From contig OZ244922.1 of assembly GCA_965221905.1 (NCBI GenBank), positions 2,176,001-2,240,000 on the forward strand: 64,000 nucleotides of DNA, read 5' to 3'. Shown here piece after piece: positions 1-9,282 of this stretch (its first letter is position 1; each line of letters opens with the position of its first letter). This DNA comes from Chloroflexota bacterium. GTDB taxonomy: Bacteria; Chloroflexota; UBA11872; VXOZ01. The notes below the pieces were generated by a model. That model had not been told where the DNA came from. It saw only the letters and a list, made by a program, of their open reading frames with translations, and did not search any database. A program made the position numbers and the translations under genes.

Positions 1-468
1 GTTCAGGTTTACAACCGTTGCATTGGCACGCGCTATTGCGCTAACAACTGCCCCTACCATGCGCGGTTCTTCAATTTCTGGGAACGCGATCTCGAAGAAG
101 AGCAAAGAGAGTATCTCAATCCCAACGTTACCGTTCGCACCAAGGGCATCATGGAAAAGTGCACCTTCTGTGTGCAGCGCATCCGCAAGAGCGAATGGGA
201 GCGTCGGCAAGCAGATGAACAATTGCAGGATGGGGACGTAACGCCGGCATGCGTGCAAGCTTGCCCGACCGGTACGCTAGTATTCGGCAATCTGGAAGAT
301 GAAGAGTCTCAAGTATCTCAATTAGCAGAGAACAAGCGACACTACCGCGTACTGGAAAACCTTGGCACTGATACCAATGTGATCTACTTGAAGAAGGTTG
401 ATCCGCATGCAAGCGAGACAGCACCACACGCTGGAACCGCTGCCAACACCGGCAGAAATAGCGCGTGA
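1..468 (+). CDS. actB: 4Fe-4S subunit of alternative complex III (ActB C-terminal / NrfC-QrcC type), 5'-truncated by the window edge
   Basis: Frame open from base 1: VYNRCIGTRYCANNCPY...LNPNVTVRTKGIMEKCTFCVQRI...PACVQACPTGTLVFGNL, the ActB Fe-S cysteine motifs; followed by NrfD-family genes. Confidence 0.85.
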   Translation, partial: VQVYNRCIGTRYCANNCPYHARFFNFWERDLEEEQREYLNPNVTVRTKGIMEKCTFCVQRIRKSEWERRQADEQLQDGDVTPACVQACPTGTLVFGNLEDEESQVSQLAENKRHYRVLENLGTDTNVIYLKKVDPHASETAPHAGTAANTGRNSA

Positions 469-1777
469 CACATTTAGTCGGGCGTTAGGGAGCAGTGGTG
501 CGTACCGCGTCACGTTGCTCGTCCTTTTCCTGCTCTTTGTTGGCGGGGTAGCCGGCTTTGCCATGCGGCTCAGCGCCGGCATGGAGGACCGCGGGCCGTG
601 GGGCTACTACGCGGCTGTTTTCGGGTTCCTCTTCACGGTTGGGCAGGCAGCGCCCATGGTGGCGTTCGTGCCGCGTCTTGCCCGTGCGCGCTGGCATGGG
701 CCGCTCGTACGCGCAGCGCAAGTGGTGGCGGTAGCGGGACTGCTAAATGTGCTGCTCTTCATACCGCTGCTGTGGCTGGTGCCTTCTAGTGCAGTGCGGA
801 CCACGGTGTGGTTCGACTGGCCGTGGGGCGCGCCGCATTTCTTCGATACGATCTTCGTTCTCATGCTTGTGATGAATGGGTTTGCGTTTCTCTGGGTACA
901 GGCAATGCCGGACCTCGCGTCTCTGCGCGTGCAGAGCGGGGGCACCCACCGTTTGGCGCGGCTGCTTTCGGGGTCGTTCATTGGTACGCCCAAGCAGTGG
1001 AAAGTGCAACGCATTGCCTTAGCTGTGTTGGGCGGCTGCTATGTGATGAACTTCATATTCGTGCAATCTCTGATCAGTCTTGACTACGTGATGACACTCG
1101 TGCCGGGGTGGAAGAGCTCAATGTTCCCGGCCTTCTACAGCATCAACGGATTGCTCGCCGCCACGGCGATGACGATCGTCGTAATGGCGGTCATTCGACG
1201 GTTTTATGGACTGCAACGGTACATCACTGTTGACCAGTTTTGGAACGTGGCAAAGATCATGTTTGCGCTCAATTTGGCCTGGGCCTATCACTGGTGGTCG
1301 GACTTTCTCACAACCTGGTACGGTCGCATACCGCGGGAGACCGTCGTCACGATCGGTACGCGGAGCTTTGGAGAGAACACTGGGCTATTCGCCATTGCAT
1401 TTATTAGTTGCTTCTTGTTGCCGCTGCTGATTTTGATGTGGAACCCTTGGCGCAAGAGCGTTGCCGGCCCAACGATTGTGGCGAGCCTTTCACTCTTTGG
1501 CATCTTCATTCAACGCATAATCGACTATGTGCCCGCATATCTCTCGACCCAGGACCCACTGGACCACGAGTTGCACGAGGCAATTGCAATCCCTTGGCCC
1601 GGTTTGCCGGACGTCCTTATCATCGTCGGTGGGTTGGCAGGAGCCATATTCCTCGTGACATGGGCAGTGAAGGCTCTAGGGCCGCTCTCGAACTGGGAAA
1701 TGCAGGAGGGCGTACTTCTGCGCCGCAATGAGAAATTCTTGAATACTGAGGTGCCGTATGTCATCAAGCCACAGTAG
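407..1777 (+). CDS. actF: NrfD/PsrC-family membrane subunit, ActF-like
   Basis: About 10 hydrophobic helices; SLISLDYVMTLVPGWKSSMFP resembles the ActF motif; lacks the HxGRP and SPLxWD motifs of ActC; ATG at 407 after GAAGG. Confidence 0.7.
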   Translation: MQARQHHTLEPLPTPAEIARDTFSRALGSSGAYRVTLLVLFLLFVGGVAGFAMRLSAGMEDRGPWGYYAAVFGFLFTVGQAAPMVAFVPRLARARWHGPLVRAAQVVAVAGLLNVLLFIPLLWLVPSSAVRTTVWFDWPWGAPHFFDTIFVLMLVMNGFAFLWVQAMPDLASLRVQSGGTHRLARLLSGSFIGTPKQWKVQRIALAVLGGCYVMNFIFVQSLISLDYVMTLVPGWKSSMFPAFYSINGLLAATAMTIVVMAVIRRFYGLQRYITVDQFWNVAKIMFALNLAWAYHWWSDFLTTWYGRIPRETVVTIGTRSFGENTGLFAIAFISCFLLPLLILMWNPWRKSVAGPTIVASLSLFGIFIQRIIDYVPAYLSTQDPLDHELHEAIAIPWPGLPDVLIIVGGLAGAIFLVTWAVKALGPLSNWEMQEGVLLRRNEKFLNTEVPYVIKPQ

Positions 1778-1836
1778 GAAATCCTGCTCGCTGCAACTAC
1801 TGTCTTTCGTGCGGGCGATGAAGGAGATTAATCCCA

Positions 1837-3204
1837 ATGCATGAGCGCCCCCGGCTCACGCCAATTCAGATAAACCGTGACCTGCTTCGGTCGGTGTTTG
1901 AAACGCCGCTGATTTTCTATGTGCTGCTGCTGCTCTTATTGGGTTTGGTGGGACTCGGCGTGATTGCAGCCACGTTGCTGGTTACGTATGGCTTGGGCGT
2001 CACCGGCCTCAATCATCCGGTCTTCTGGGGCTTCTTCATCATCAACTTCGTGTTCTGGGTCGGTATCAGCCACGCCGGCACGATGATCTCTGCAATTTTA
2101 CGGCTTACGTCAGCGGAATGGCGCCGTCCGGTAGTGCGCGCTGCTGAAGTAATGACGGTATTCTCCCTGATGACTGCTGCGCTCTTCGTGGTGCTCCATA
2201 CGGGGCGTCCCTGGCGCACGCTCTACTGGGCATTCCCGTATGACTTTGTGCGCGGCATATGGCCCGACGTGCGTTCCCCGCTCGTCTGGGACCCCAGCGC
2301 CATTTTCACGTACCTTACCGGTAGTATTCTCTTTGTCTACGCCGCACTGATTCCGGACCTCGCCTTGGCGCGCGATAAGACGACCGGTTGGCGGCGCATG
2401 CTCTATGGAGTTCTCTGTCTTGGCTGGCGCGGCAACGCTCGGCAGTGGAAGCTGCTTAATGCTACGGGCTTGTTGCTCTCTGCACTGATCCTACCGGTGT
2501 TTGTATCCGTGCACAGTATTGTGTCTTGGGACTTTGGCATGTCCCTCGTACCTGGTTGGCACGTGCACATCTTTGCCCCGTATTTCGTTGTAGGAGCCGT
2601 GCTATCCGGTGTAGCAGCCGTGATCGCCTTGATGGCGGTAATGCGCTCTCTATTCCGCCTCCACGACTACATTCGCCCCGAACACTTCGACATGATCGGG
2701 CGTCTACTCATAGTTGTTGCTTTGGCCTGGGCGTACTTCTACTTTATTGATGTAGTCTTCGCGCTATTGAGTAAAGAAGAAGCGGAATACCAGGTGATGA
2801 AGCTGCGGCTCTCGCCGCCCTATCTCTACCTGTTCCTCTTGATGATCACGTGTAACGTATTCCTGCCGGTGCCAATCTGGATGTTTAGGAGATTCCGCAG
2901 AAATATCGGCATCATGGTTTTGACAGCCATCGTCGTCAACATTGGCATGTGGCTGGAGAGGTTCCTGATCATTGTTCCAACCTTGCAACGACGGCATCCC
3001 GATGCGTTCGCCTGGGGAAATTACTCGGCTAGCCTCGTCGAAATAGCTCTGGTGATCTTCTCGTTCGCCAATGTATGTCTGTTATTGTTACTTTTTTCCA
3101 AGATATTTCCCGTTATTCCCATATGGGAGGAAAAAGAGGGTCATATCTGGAAGCGCGAATTCCGTATTGGCAAACTCCGCTTGCCTGCAATAGTGAGAGA
3201 ATAG
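1837..3204 (+). CDS. actC: Alternative complex III quinol-oxidising subunit ActC (NrfD family)
   Basis: WGFFIINFVFWVGISHAGTMISAIL, LHTGRPW, SPLVWD, VHSIVSWDF, FAPYFVVGA and GMWLERF motifs; RBS AAGGAG. Confidence 0.92.
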   Translation: MHERPRLTPIQINRDLLRSVFETPLIFYVLLLLLLGLVGLGVIAATLLVTYGLGVTGLNHPVFWGFFIINFVFWVGISHAGTMISAILRLTSAEWRRPVVRAAEVMTVFSLMTAALFVVLHTGRPWRTLYWAFPYDFVRGIWPDVRSPLVWDPSAIFTYLTGSILFVYAALIPDLALARDKTTGWRRMLYGVLCLGWRGNARQWKLLNATGLLLSALILPVFVSVHSIVSWDFGMSLVPGWHVHIFAPYFVVGAVLSGVAAVIALMAVMRSLFRLHDYIRPEHFDMIGRLLIVVALAWAYFYFIDVVFALLSKEEAEYQVMKLRLSPPYLYLFLLMITCNVFLPVPIWMFRRFRRNIGIMVLTAIVVNIGMWLERFLIIVPTLQRRHPDAFAWGNYSASLVEIALVIFSFANVCLLLLLFSKIFPVIPIWEEKEGHIWKREFRIGKLRLPAIVRE

Positions 3205-3214
3205 GGAGGCAACC

Positions 3215-3727
3215 ATGCCCAGTGTTCTGGGGTTATTTCAAACGGCAGACACCGCGGCAGCAGCTGCGGACCGACTACAGGCCTCAGGGTTCGGCCCAAC
3301 TGACTATGAGGTACTAACAGGCGCACCCTATCCGGAAGGTGCCTTTGGCGAAGATTCCGGAGACCATCGTCTATTCATATTCCCTCTTGGCGGCGCCATA
3401 ATAGGGTTCGCGGTCGGCTTGATGGTGACGGCCGGCACGCAGCTATCTTTTCCGCTCGTTACGGCGGGAAAGCCCATTCTTGGCATACCGCCAATGTTCA
3501 TCATCATGTATGAAGGCACGATGCTCGGGGCGCTCATCTTTACTATCATGGGCGTCATATTCGAGTCTCGTCTCCCAAATCTCACAAATGATCTCTATGA
3601 TTCGCGGATAACTGAAGGCTATGTGGGGTTGGTGGTTCGTTGCGATGACGATGCGCAGGCAGATACCGCCCAGTCAACCCTCACCGATGCAGGCGCTGAA
3701 GAAGTGAAGCAGCAAGGACGGAGCTAA
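3215..3727 (+). CDS. actD: ActD (DUF3341) subunit
   Basis: Two transmembrane segments with GKP...PPMFIIMYEGTML and YDSRIT...GAEEV; position after actC. Confidence 0.88.
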   Translation: MPSVLGLFQTADTAAAAADRLQASGFGPTDYEVLTGAPYPEGAFGEDSGDHRLFIFPLGGAIIGFAVGLMVTAGTQLSFPLVTAGKPILGIPPMFIIMYEGTMLGALIFTIMGVIFESRLPNLTNDLYDSRITEGYVGLVVRCDDDAQADTAQSTLTDAGAEEVKQQGRS

Positions 3728-3732
3728 CCCGA

Positions 3733-4296
3733 ATGCGAGACCGGCTACATTCACATGGCCTGTTCCGCTCAATGCGTGACCTTGTGCGCCGGCGCTGGTT
3801 GGTACTGGGTATTCTACTTGGCATAATGCTTGCCGCTTTATTGACCTCGTGCAATGGCTACGTCTGGGACATCTTTCCCGAGATGCACTACCAGGCGTCC
3901 TACCGGCTGCAGGAACCGCCACGGCGAATGCCTCCCACCGATTCTGTGCCGATAACAGGAAAAGCGCGCGAGTACAGATTCGCGGAAGCCGCAGAGGTAG
4001 CCAATCCCCTCACAAGCACGCCTGAAGGCATAGAAGCCGGCAACCGGTTGTTCCAGACCAATTGCAAACACTGTCACGGTGCGGAAGGCCTAGGAGACGG
4101 TCCGGCGGGCGCCTACTTCGATCCGCCGCCGCAACCGATGCAGGGCGAGCGCGTGACCGATCGCAGTGATGGTGAGATCTACTGGATCCTAGCGAACGGC
4201 TCGGGCAACATGCCCAAGTTTGGCCACCTGTTGGCCCCTGAAGAACGCTGGGAGCTTATCCTCTTCATACGGTCATTGCAGCAAGAAGACGGTTAA
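3733..4296 (+). CDS. actE: Monoheme cytochrome c lipoprotein ActE
   Basis: Lipobox LTSC, EMHYQ motif, CKHCH heme site, GNMP axial Met. Confidence 0.88.
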   Translation: MRDRLHSHGLFRSMRDLVRRRWLVLGILLGIMLAALLTSCNGYVWDIFPEMHYQASYRLQEPPRRMPPTDSVPITGKAREYRFAEAAEVANPLTSTPEGIEAGNRLFQTNCKHCHGAEGLGDGPAGAYFDPPPQPMQGERVTDRSDGEIYWILANGSGNMPKFGHLLAPEERWELILFIRSLQQEDG

Positions 4297-4317
4297 CGCT
4301 ACTGGAGAAGGCGACTC

Positions 4318-4605
4318 ATGGACCATGCATTAGCACTACCGATTTGGGACGAATTAGACACCGGATTTATATTTTTTTGGCTGGCGCTCGCTATGATGGT
4401 CGCCACGGCCGTTTCCTTCTTGCTGGCACACGCCATCATCCCGTCTCTGGTGGGTACACGCGATCTCCCGCAGGGGTTTGCGAGACTTCGGCCCGTGTTT
4501 TACGGTGCCACAATTGTTGGGCTCATTCTTGCTCTCTTCTTGTACTACACCACGTGGCAGACCGTTTCCGTATACCTGGACATCTATCCGCGTAAGTGGA
4601 TCTAA
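4318..4605 (+). CDS. Small two-helix membrane protein, last gene of the act operon
   Basis: RBS GGAGAAGG, two hydrophobic stretches, 21 nt after actE, followed by a terminator. Confidence 0.7.
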   Translation: MDHALALPIWDELDTGFIFFWLALAMMVATAVSFLLAHAIIPSLVGTRDLPQGFARLRPVFYGATIVGLILALFLYYTTWQTVSVYLDIYPRKWI

Positions 4606-4683
4606 GCTACCAGCGGGAAGCTCCAGAGGTCTTGGCAATTCGGCCAAGAGGCTGTTGGAGGCGCAGTACAATACGTCATTGGG

Positions 4684-4713
4684 TGAGGATTTCTCTTGGA
4701 TATCCTCATTTTT
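4684..4713 (+). terminator. Intrinsic terminator of the act operon
   Basis: TGAGGATTTC-tcttg-GATATCCTCA (9/10 paired) followed by TTTTT. Confidence 0.65.
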
Positions 4714-4807
4714 GTCTTGCCGAACCCGCACAATTGCCTAGGCCAGTCGAGCGATTTTGCCCTAAGACCCCAAAACCCAGGTAACCACCCTTGGCAATTC
4801 GCGTACC

Positions 4808-4837
4808 TTGACAGCCTCTCAATTTATTTGCTACTAT
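4808..4837 (+). promoter_or_regulatory. Sigma70-type promoter of the sulfurtransferase
   Basis: TTGACA, 18 nt, TACTAT with an extended -10 TG. Confidence 0.6.
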
Positions 4838-4891
4838 GTAGAGCAACTTGATCAACTTAATGCGGTTCTTACAATACAAGGAGCATGAAAC

Positions 4892-5731
4892 ATGGCTGAA
4901 TACGCCGACTCAAATGTCCTCGTTTCGACAGACTGGGTAGCCCAGCACGGCAACGACGCGAATGTACGGCTCGTAGAGGTAGACGTGGATACCACCGCCT
5001 ATGAGACGGGTCACATCGCCGGTGCAGTGGATTGGGGCTGGCAGTCCGATCTGAACGATCCCGTCCGGCGCGACCTTATCGGCAAGGAAGACCTGGAGCG
5101 GCTCCTGGGCCAGAGCGGAATCACTGCCGATACCACAGTGGTTCTCTATGGCGACAACAACAATTGGTTTGCTGCTTTCGCTCATTGGATCCTCAAGATA
5201 TACGGCCACAAAGATGCGCGCTTGATGAATGGGGGCCGTGTGAAGTGGCTGGAGGAAGGCCGTCCAGCCTCATCCGATATTCCCCATATCGCGGCAACCA
5301 CCTACACTGCGCAAGACCCGGACGCCGCCCTGCGCGCCTACCAAGGCGACGTGCAAGACCGCTTGGGCAATCCAAGCGTCGGTATGGTTGACGTGCGTTC
5401 ACCGCAGGAATTCACTGGGGAAATTCTGGCGCCCCCAGGCTTGCCGGAAACCGCCCAGCGCGGCGGCCACATTCCCGGCGCCGCCAATATCCCGTGGGCT
5501 TCCGCCGTCGCGGAAGACGGCACCTTCAAGTCTGCCGACGAACTGAGCGAGATTTATGGCGGCAAAGGCATCGTTCCCGACAAGGAGATCGTTACCTACT
5601 GCCGGATTGGCGAACGCTCGTCGCACACCTGGTTCGTGCTCAAGTATCTGCTCGGCTACCCGGACGTGCGCAACTATGATGGCTCCTGGACCGAATGGGG
5701 CAGCATGATTGGCGTGCCTATAGAGAAGTAG
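4892..5731 (+). CDS. Thiosulfate sulfurtransferase (tandem rhodanese, CysA/SseA type)
   Basis: LVSTDWV, GHIPGA, active site YCRIGERS, NYDGSWTEW. Confidence 0.95.
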   Translation: MAEYADSNVLVSTDWVAQHGNDANVRLVEVDVDTTAYETGHIAGAVDWGWQSDLNDPVRRDLIGKEDLERLLGQSGITADTTVVLYGDNNNWFAAFAHWILKIYGHKDARLMNGGRVKWLEEGRPASSDIPHIAATTYTAQDPDAALRAYQGDVQDRLGNPSVGMVDVRSPQEFTGEILAPPGLPETAQRGGHIPGAANIPWASAVAEDGTFKSADELSEIYGGKGIVPDKEIVTYCRIGERSSHTWFVLKYLLGYPDVRNYDGSWTEWGSMIGVPIEK

Positions 5732-5834
5732 CAAACACTGGCGCTCTAGACGAGTTAAGGCATGACACAACCTTGTACGGTCGACTGGAAAGTACATCGA
5801 AAAGTCTTCGACGTAGTAGAGGGAGAACACAACG

Positions 5835-7031
5835 ATGAGATCGATTAAGTGCTCCGCAGTAACCGCGTCGGCGAAATGGCGCCGGCTCTTGGCCCCATTG
5901 CTTGCCATCCTTGCTGTAGGTTTGTTGGCTTCCGCCTGTGGCACGTACGTCATTCAGCCGGAGGCGCCCGTTTCCACTGCCAAATACGAAGTCTGGGCCA
6001 TGGACCAGACCAACAACATAATCCACATTATCAATCCGCAGCTTGAAGTAGTGGAGACAGTCGATCTTTCTGAAGCGGGCTTGGAAAGAACACACTGGAT
6101 CAACTTCACGAGCGACTCCAAATACGCCTGGATAGCCAGCACAGTCTCCGGCAACACGGCCGTCATCAGGGCGGAAGACCGGCAGGTGATCGCCACGTTC
6201 GACACGGGTCCTGCGAGTCATGCCGCGGACATTTACCCGGACGATAGCGGCGTTCTCGTCTCCGTGATCAAAAGCGGTGAGCTGGTTGAGGTTGTAGCGG
6301 ACCACGCTACGGAGACGTTCTCCATAGGCCGCATCCTTAAGATTGCGGAGGACCCGCTCGTGAAGGAACGGGCAGACGAGTTCCCCTCTGCGAATCCGAT
6401 TTCATCTGCGTTCACCCGAGACGGGCGCTACGCATATGTGACGCTGGGTCCTGCCCTTGCCGATGGCGGGCTGGTCATACTGGATTTGGAGACTTTCACC
6501 TTGGTCAAGGCGTACTCGCCGGAAGAGGTCAAGGTGAATCTGATGAGCGTCCTCTCGCCCGATGGCACAAAGATGTACGTCACCGGGGGCTCGCGGGACG
6601 CGAAGAGCCTCTTCTACGTATTTGATACCGCAACGCATGAGGTAGTCGCCAAGGACGCAACCCGTGGCGCCGAGGCGCACGGCATGGCGCTGACGCCCGA
6701 CGGCTCCGAAATTTGGATTACCAACCGCTGGACCGGCAACGTCGGCATCATTAGCACCGAGTTCGACGAATTCATCGAGCGGATACCTTTTGTCGGGGAA
6801 GCGCCGGACCTCCTGGTCTTCTCACCTGACGGTGTCTTCGCATTCATCCTTTTGCGGGGTGGCGGACCTACGGATGCCGGCGCTATGTCCGGCGCCGGCG
6901 AACTGCCCGCAGTGGTGGTTGTAGCGGTGGAGACCAGGCAGGTCATGGACATCCTGATTCAAGGTGAGCTTACGGATGAAGGCGAACTGCCGGCGCTGGA
7001 CTACCACGGCATAGCAATCAGGCAGTTGTAA
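5835..7031 (+). CDS. YVTN/YncE-like beta-propeller lipoprotein
   Basis: Signal peptide with lipobox LASAC; repeated blades (FTSDSKYAWI, FTRDGRYAYV, LSPDGTKMYV, LTPDGSEIWI, FSPDGVFAFI). Confidence 0.85.
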   Translation: MRSIKCSAVTASAKWRRLLAPLLAILAVGLLASACGTYVIQPEAPVSTAKYEVWAMDQTNNIIHIINPQLEVVETVDLSEAGLERTHWINFTSDSKYAWIASTVSGNTAVIRAEDRQVIATFDTGPASHAADIYPDDSGVLVSVIKSGELVEVVADHATETFSIGRILKIAEDPLVKERADEFPSANPISSAFTRDGRYAYVTLGPALADGGLVILDLETFTLVKAYSPEEVKVNLMSVLSPDGTKMYVTGGSRDAKSLFYVFDTATHEVVAKDATRGAEAHGMALTPDGSEIWITNRWTGNVGIISTEFDEFIERIPFVGEAPDLLVFSPDGVFAFILLRGGGPTDAGAMSGAGELPAVVVVAVETRQVMDILIQGELTDEGELPALDYHGIAIRQL

Positions 7032-7064
7032 GCCAGCCAAGATGAATACAATTCGGTAACAGTA

Positions 7065-7098
7065 CAAAGGCCGGTCTCAGGCCTGAGACCGGCCTTTG
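7065..7098. terminator. Perfect 34-bp palindrome, probable bidirectional terminator
   Basis: CAAAGGCCGGTCTCAGG/CCTGAGACCGGCCTTTG between convergent genes. Confidence 0.7.
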
Positions 7099-7220
7099 AC
7101 TCTGGGAATTCACCGCCTTTTGAAAGCGGAGAGCGGCATCGCTCTATGTAGAGTAGGCTGCACTGTTTCCGGCCTACTGCGATATTCGGTCACTTTCACA
7201 TTGGACGAACCTAAGCGACC

Positions 7221-7263
7221 GAAGGCTCTAGCTCTCGCTAAATAAGCGAGAGCTAGAGCCTTC
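7221..7263. terminator. 19-bp perfect stem-loop (terminator or REP-like)
   Basis: GAAGGCTCTAGCTCTCGCT-aaata-AGCGAGAGCTAGAGCCTTC. Confidence 0.6.
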
Positions 7264-7332
7264 CCTATCTTGTCTTCTCTACGCCTCTTCGCCAGAATGG
7301 GAGCATCGCGCGGAATAGGCGTAGGAGTACTG

Positions 7333-9261
7333 CTAGTACAGCTTTGTTAGCGATACGCCAGTGTAATACATCTTGAGAATATGGTCGTAGGTCATCCCTT
7401 GCTCGGCGAGCACTTTTGTACTCTGCAGTGGCATACCGACGCCGTGGCCGTGCAGTGTAGAACCCTCACTCACCGGGTCGGGCACGCCAACCGCCCACGG
7501 AAAGCCCGACCCACCCCACACATCATGCCAGGAGCGAGTCCTGCCGTCTGCCCGCGAGTAGTACGCCGCGCGGATCACCTTGCCGTCATACGTCAAGAAC
7601 TGGCCGCGCGTGGCGTTAGCCGCGGCCTCAAGGTTCTTTCCTAGGGTCTCACGGTAATACCCCAAGTACCACTGATGGGAGCCAACGTAAGGAGGCACAT
7701 ACTTGTGCGATGCGCCGATATCGAACGGCTCTTTATTGCAAAGACACCCAAGCCCCGGCCACTGTGGATTCAAGTGTGAAAGCGCGTAGGTGCGGAAGGC
7801 AACCGTGGCTGCCTTTAGTCCTTCTGCTGGGAAAGACTCCGGCTCTTCGCCAATGCCCTTCACGTAATACTCCATGGGCAACTCATTGATCGCCCACAAA
7901 CGTTCGGAATACGTCGAGTAGCGCACTTCGACAACCTGCCGGTACTGCTGATACTGCGGTATATCGACGACTTGAAGAATCGTGTTGCCTTCAGCAATGA
8001 AGCGAACCAGGCTTGCCACTTGCGCTACACGCTCGTCGTCTACGGTCAGGCGATACTGCGATTCCTGGGGCAGGTGTGTCACCGTGACAATCTGATTAGC
8101 CTCAAAACTGTACGCAACAGCCCCATTCTCGTCTTCCGCGCGAAAACTGCCGTTACCTGAGATGCGCATGCTCTGCTCAGTGGTCGAGAATACGCCCACC
8201 CGGATCGTCATGCCGTCCGCGTCGGTGATTAGCGTGGTAACGGGCGCCGGAGGTGGGACAGGCGTGGGAGTGGGCAATGGGCCCTGCACGGCGAGAGCCT
8301 GGCGGGTCGTCGCTGAGGAATCGCGCAATGCCGCCCAGCCTCGACCCTCCTCCCACAAGTCCCATTGCAGCGTATAATGACCAGCCTGTGCCGGCGTAGA
8401 TAAAGACATACTTAGCGACGCCACGCTCCCTGCTGGCACCAGGCTAGGAAGAGCCACCCGCTCACCTTCCAAGACAGTTACCCCATTCCCATCGAGCCAG
8501 CGATACCCAACGCTGACGGCTTTCGGTCCCTGCACCGCCCACCGCCCGATGCCTACGTTTTGCACTGCGATCTGAAGGCTTAGAGTTTGATTGGTAAGCG
8601 GCGTAGCAGGCAGTCCGGTGACCCAGAATTGACCGCGCGGACCCACCTTTTCCCCTAATTCCTCACCAAGCAGGCCAAGCGTTATCTGATAGATCTCCGG
8701 CAACTGCGGATGATACTCAAAACGCGACCGCTGAAAATACTGGACGCTTCTGCCATTCTCTTCGACTATCTCCGAGACAGGATACCCAAAGATGTCCAGC
8801 CCTCCACGGGTATTAAAGAAACGCAAAAAGGCACCATTTACGACGTGTCCAGTTTCCGGGAAATACCGTTGGTCTGCCGTCGTGACGACCGGTGCCGCCT
8901 TAGGGAATTCTCGATCGCTGGTGAGAATATCGCCGAGTAGGCCGAGCTGTACCTCATAGCGCGTGCCGGCGTGTTCAGGGTGGTACTCGAACCGGGCGCG
9001 CTGAAAATACTGCACCGTAAAGCCGTGTTCTTGAATCTCAGGCGTAATAGGATAGCCAAAGATATCCAATCCGCCGCGCTCTTCGAAGAAACGCTTGAAC
9101 CCGAAAGAGACCGACATGTCGGTCTCGGGAAAGAAAACTGTATGATCGGTGGCGGACAACGACTGGGGCCACAGCGAGGCAACCAATGCAAGGACAAGAA
9201 TAAGCCCTGCGCGATAGGAAAATCGGCGAATAGCACTTGCAAGAGTGCAAGTCATCGACAT
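7333..9261 (-). CDS. Secreted SpoIID/LytB-domain lytic transglycosylase with N-terminal YFPETGH-type repeats and an Ig-like domain
   Basis: Signal peptide; FFPET/YFPETGH...GGLDIFGYP...QYFQRxRFEYHP repeated twice; PTPTPVPPP linker; INELPMEYYVKG..E...EGLKAATVAFRTY...GHGVGM...ILKMYYTG. Confidence 0.88.
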   Translation of the reverse strand: MSMTCTLASAIRRFSYRAGLILVLALVASLWPQSLSATDHTVFFPETDMSVSFGFKRFFEERGGLDIFGYPITPEIQEHGFTVQYFQRARFEYHPEHAGTRYEVQLGLLGDILTSDREFPKAAPVVTTADQRYFPETGHVVNGAFLRFFNTRGGLDIFGYPVSEIVEENGRSVQYFQRSRFEYHPQLPEIYQITLGLLGEELGEKVGPRGQFWVTGLPATPLTNQTLSLQIAVQNVGIGRWAVQGPKAVSVGYRWLDGNGVTVLEGERVALPSLVPAGSVASLSMSLSTPAQAGHYTLQWDLWEEGRGWAALRDSSATTRQALAVQGPLPTPTPVPPPAPVTTLITDADGMTIRVGVFSTTEQSMRISGNGSFRAEDENGAVAYSFEANQIVTVTHLPQESQYRLTVDDERVAQVASLVRFIAEGNTILQVVDIPQYQQYRQVVEVRYSTYSERLWAINELPMEYYVKGIGEEPESFPAEGLKAATVAFRTYALSHLNPQWPGLGCLCNKEPFDIGASHKYVPPYVGSHQWYLGYYRETLGKNLEAAANATRGQFLTYDGKVIRAAYYSRADGRTRSWHDVWGGSGFPWAVGVPDPVSEGSTLHGHGVGMPLQSTKVLAEQGMTYDHILKMYYTGVSLTKLY

Positions 9262-9282
9262 TCAGTCCTCCAGTATTATGCT

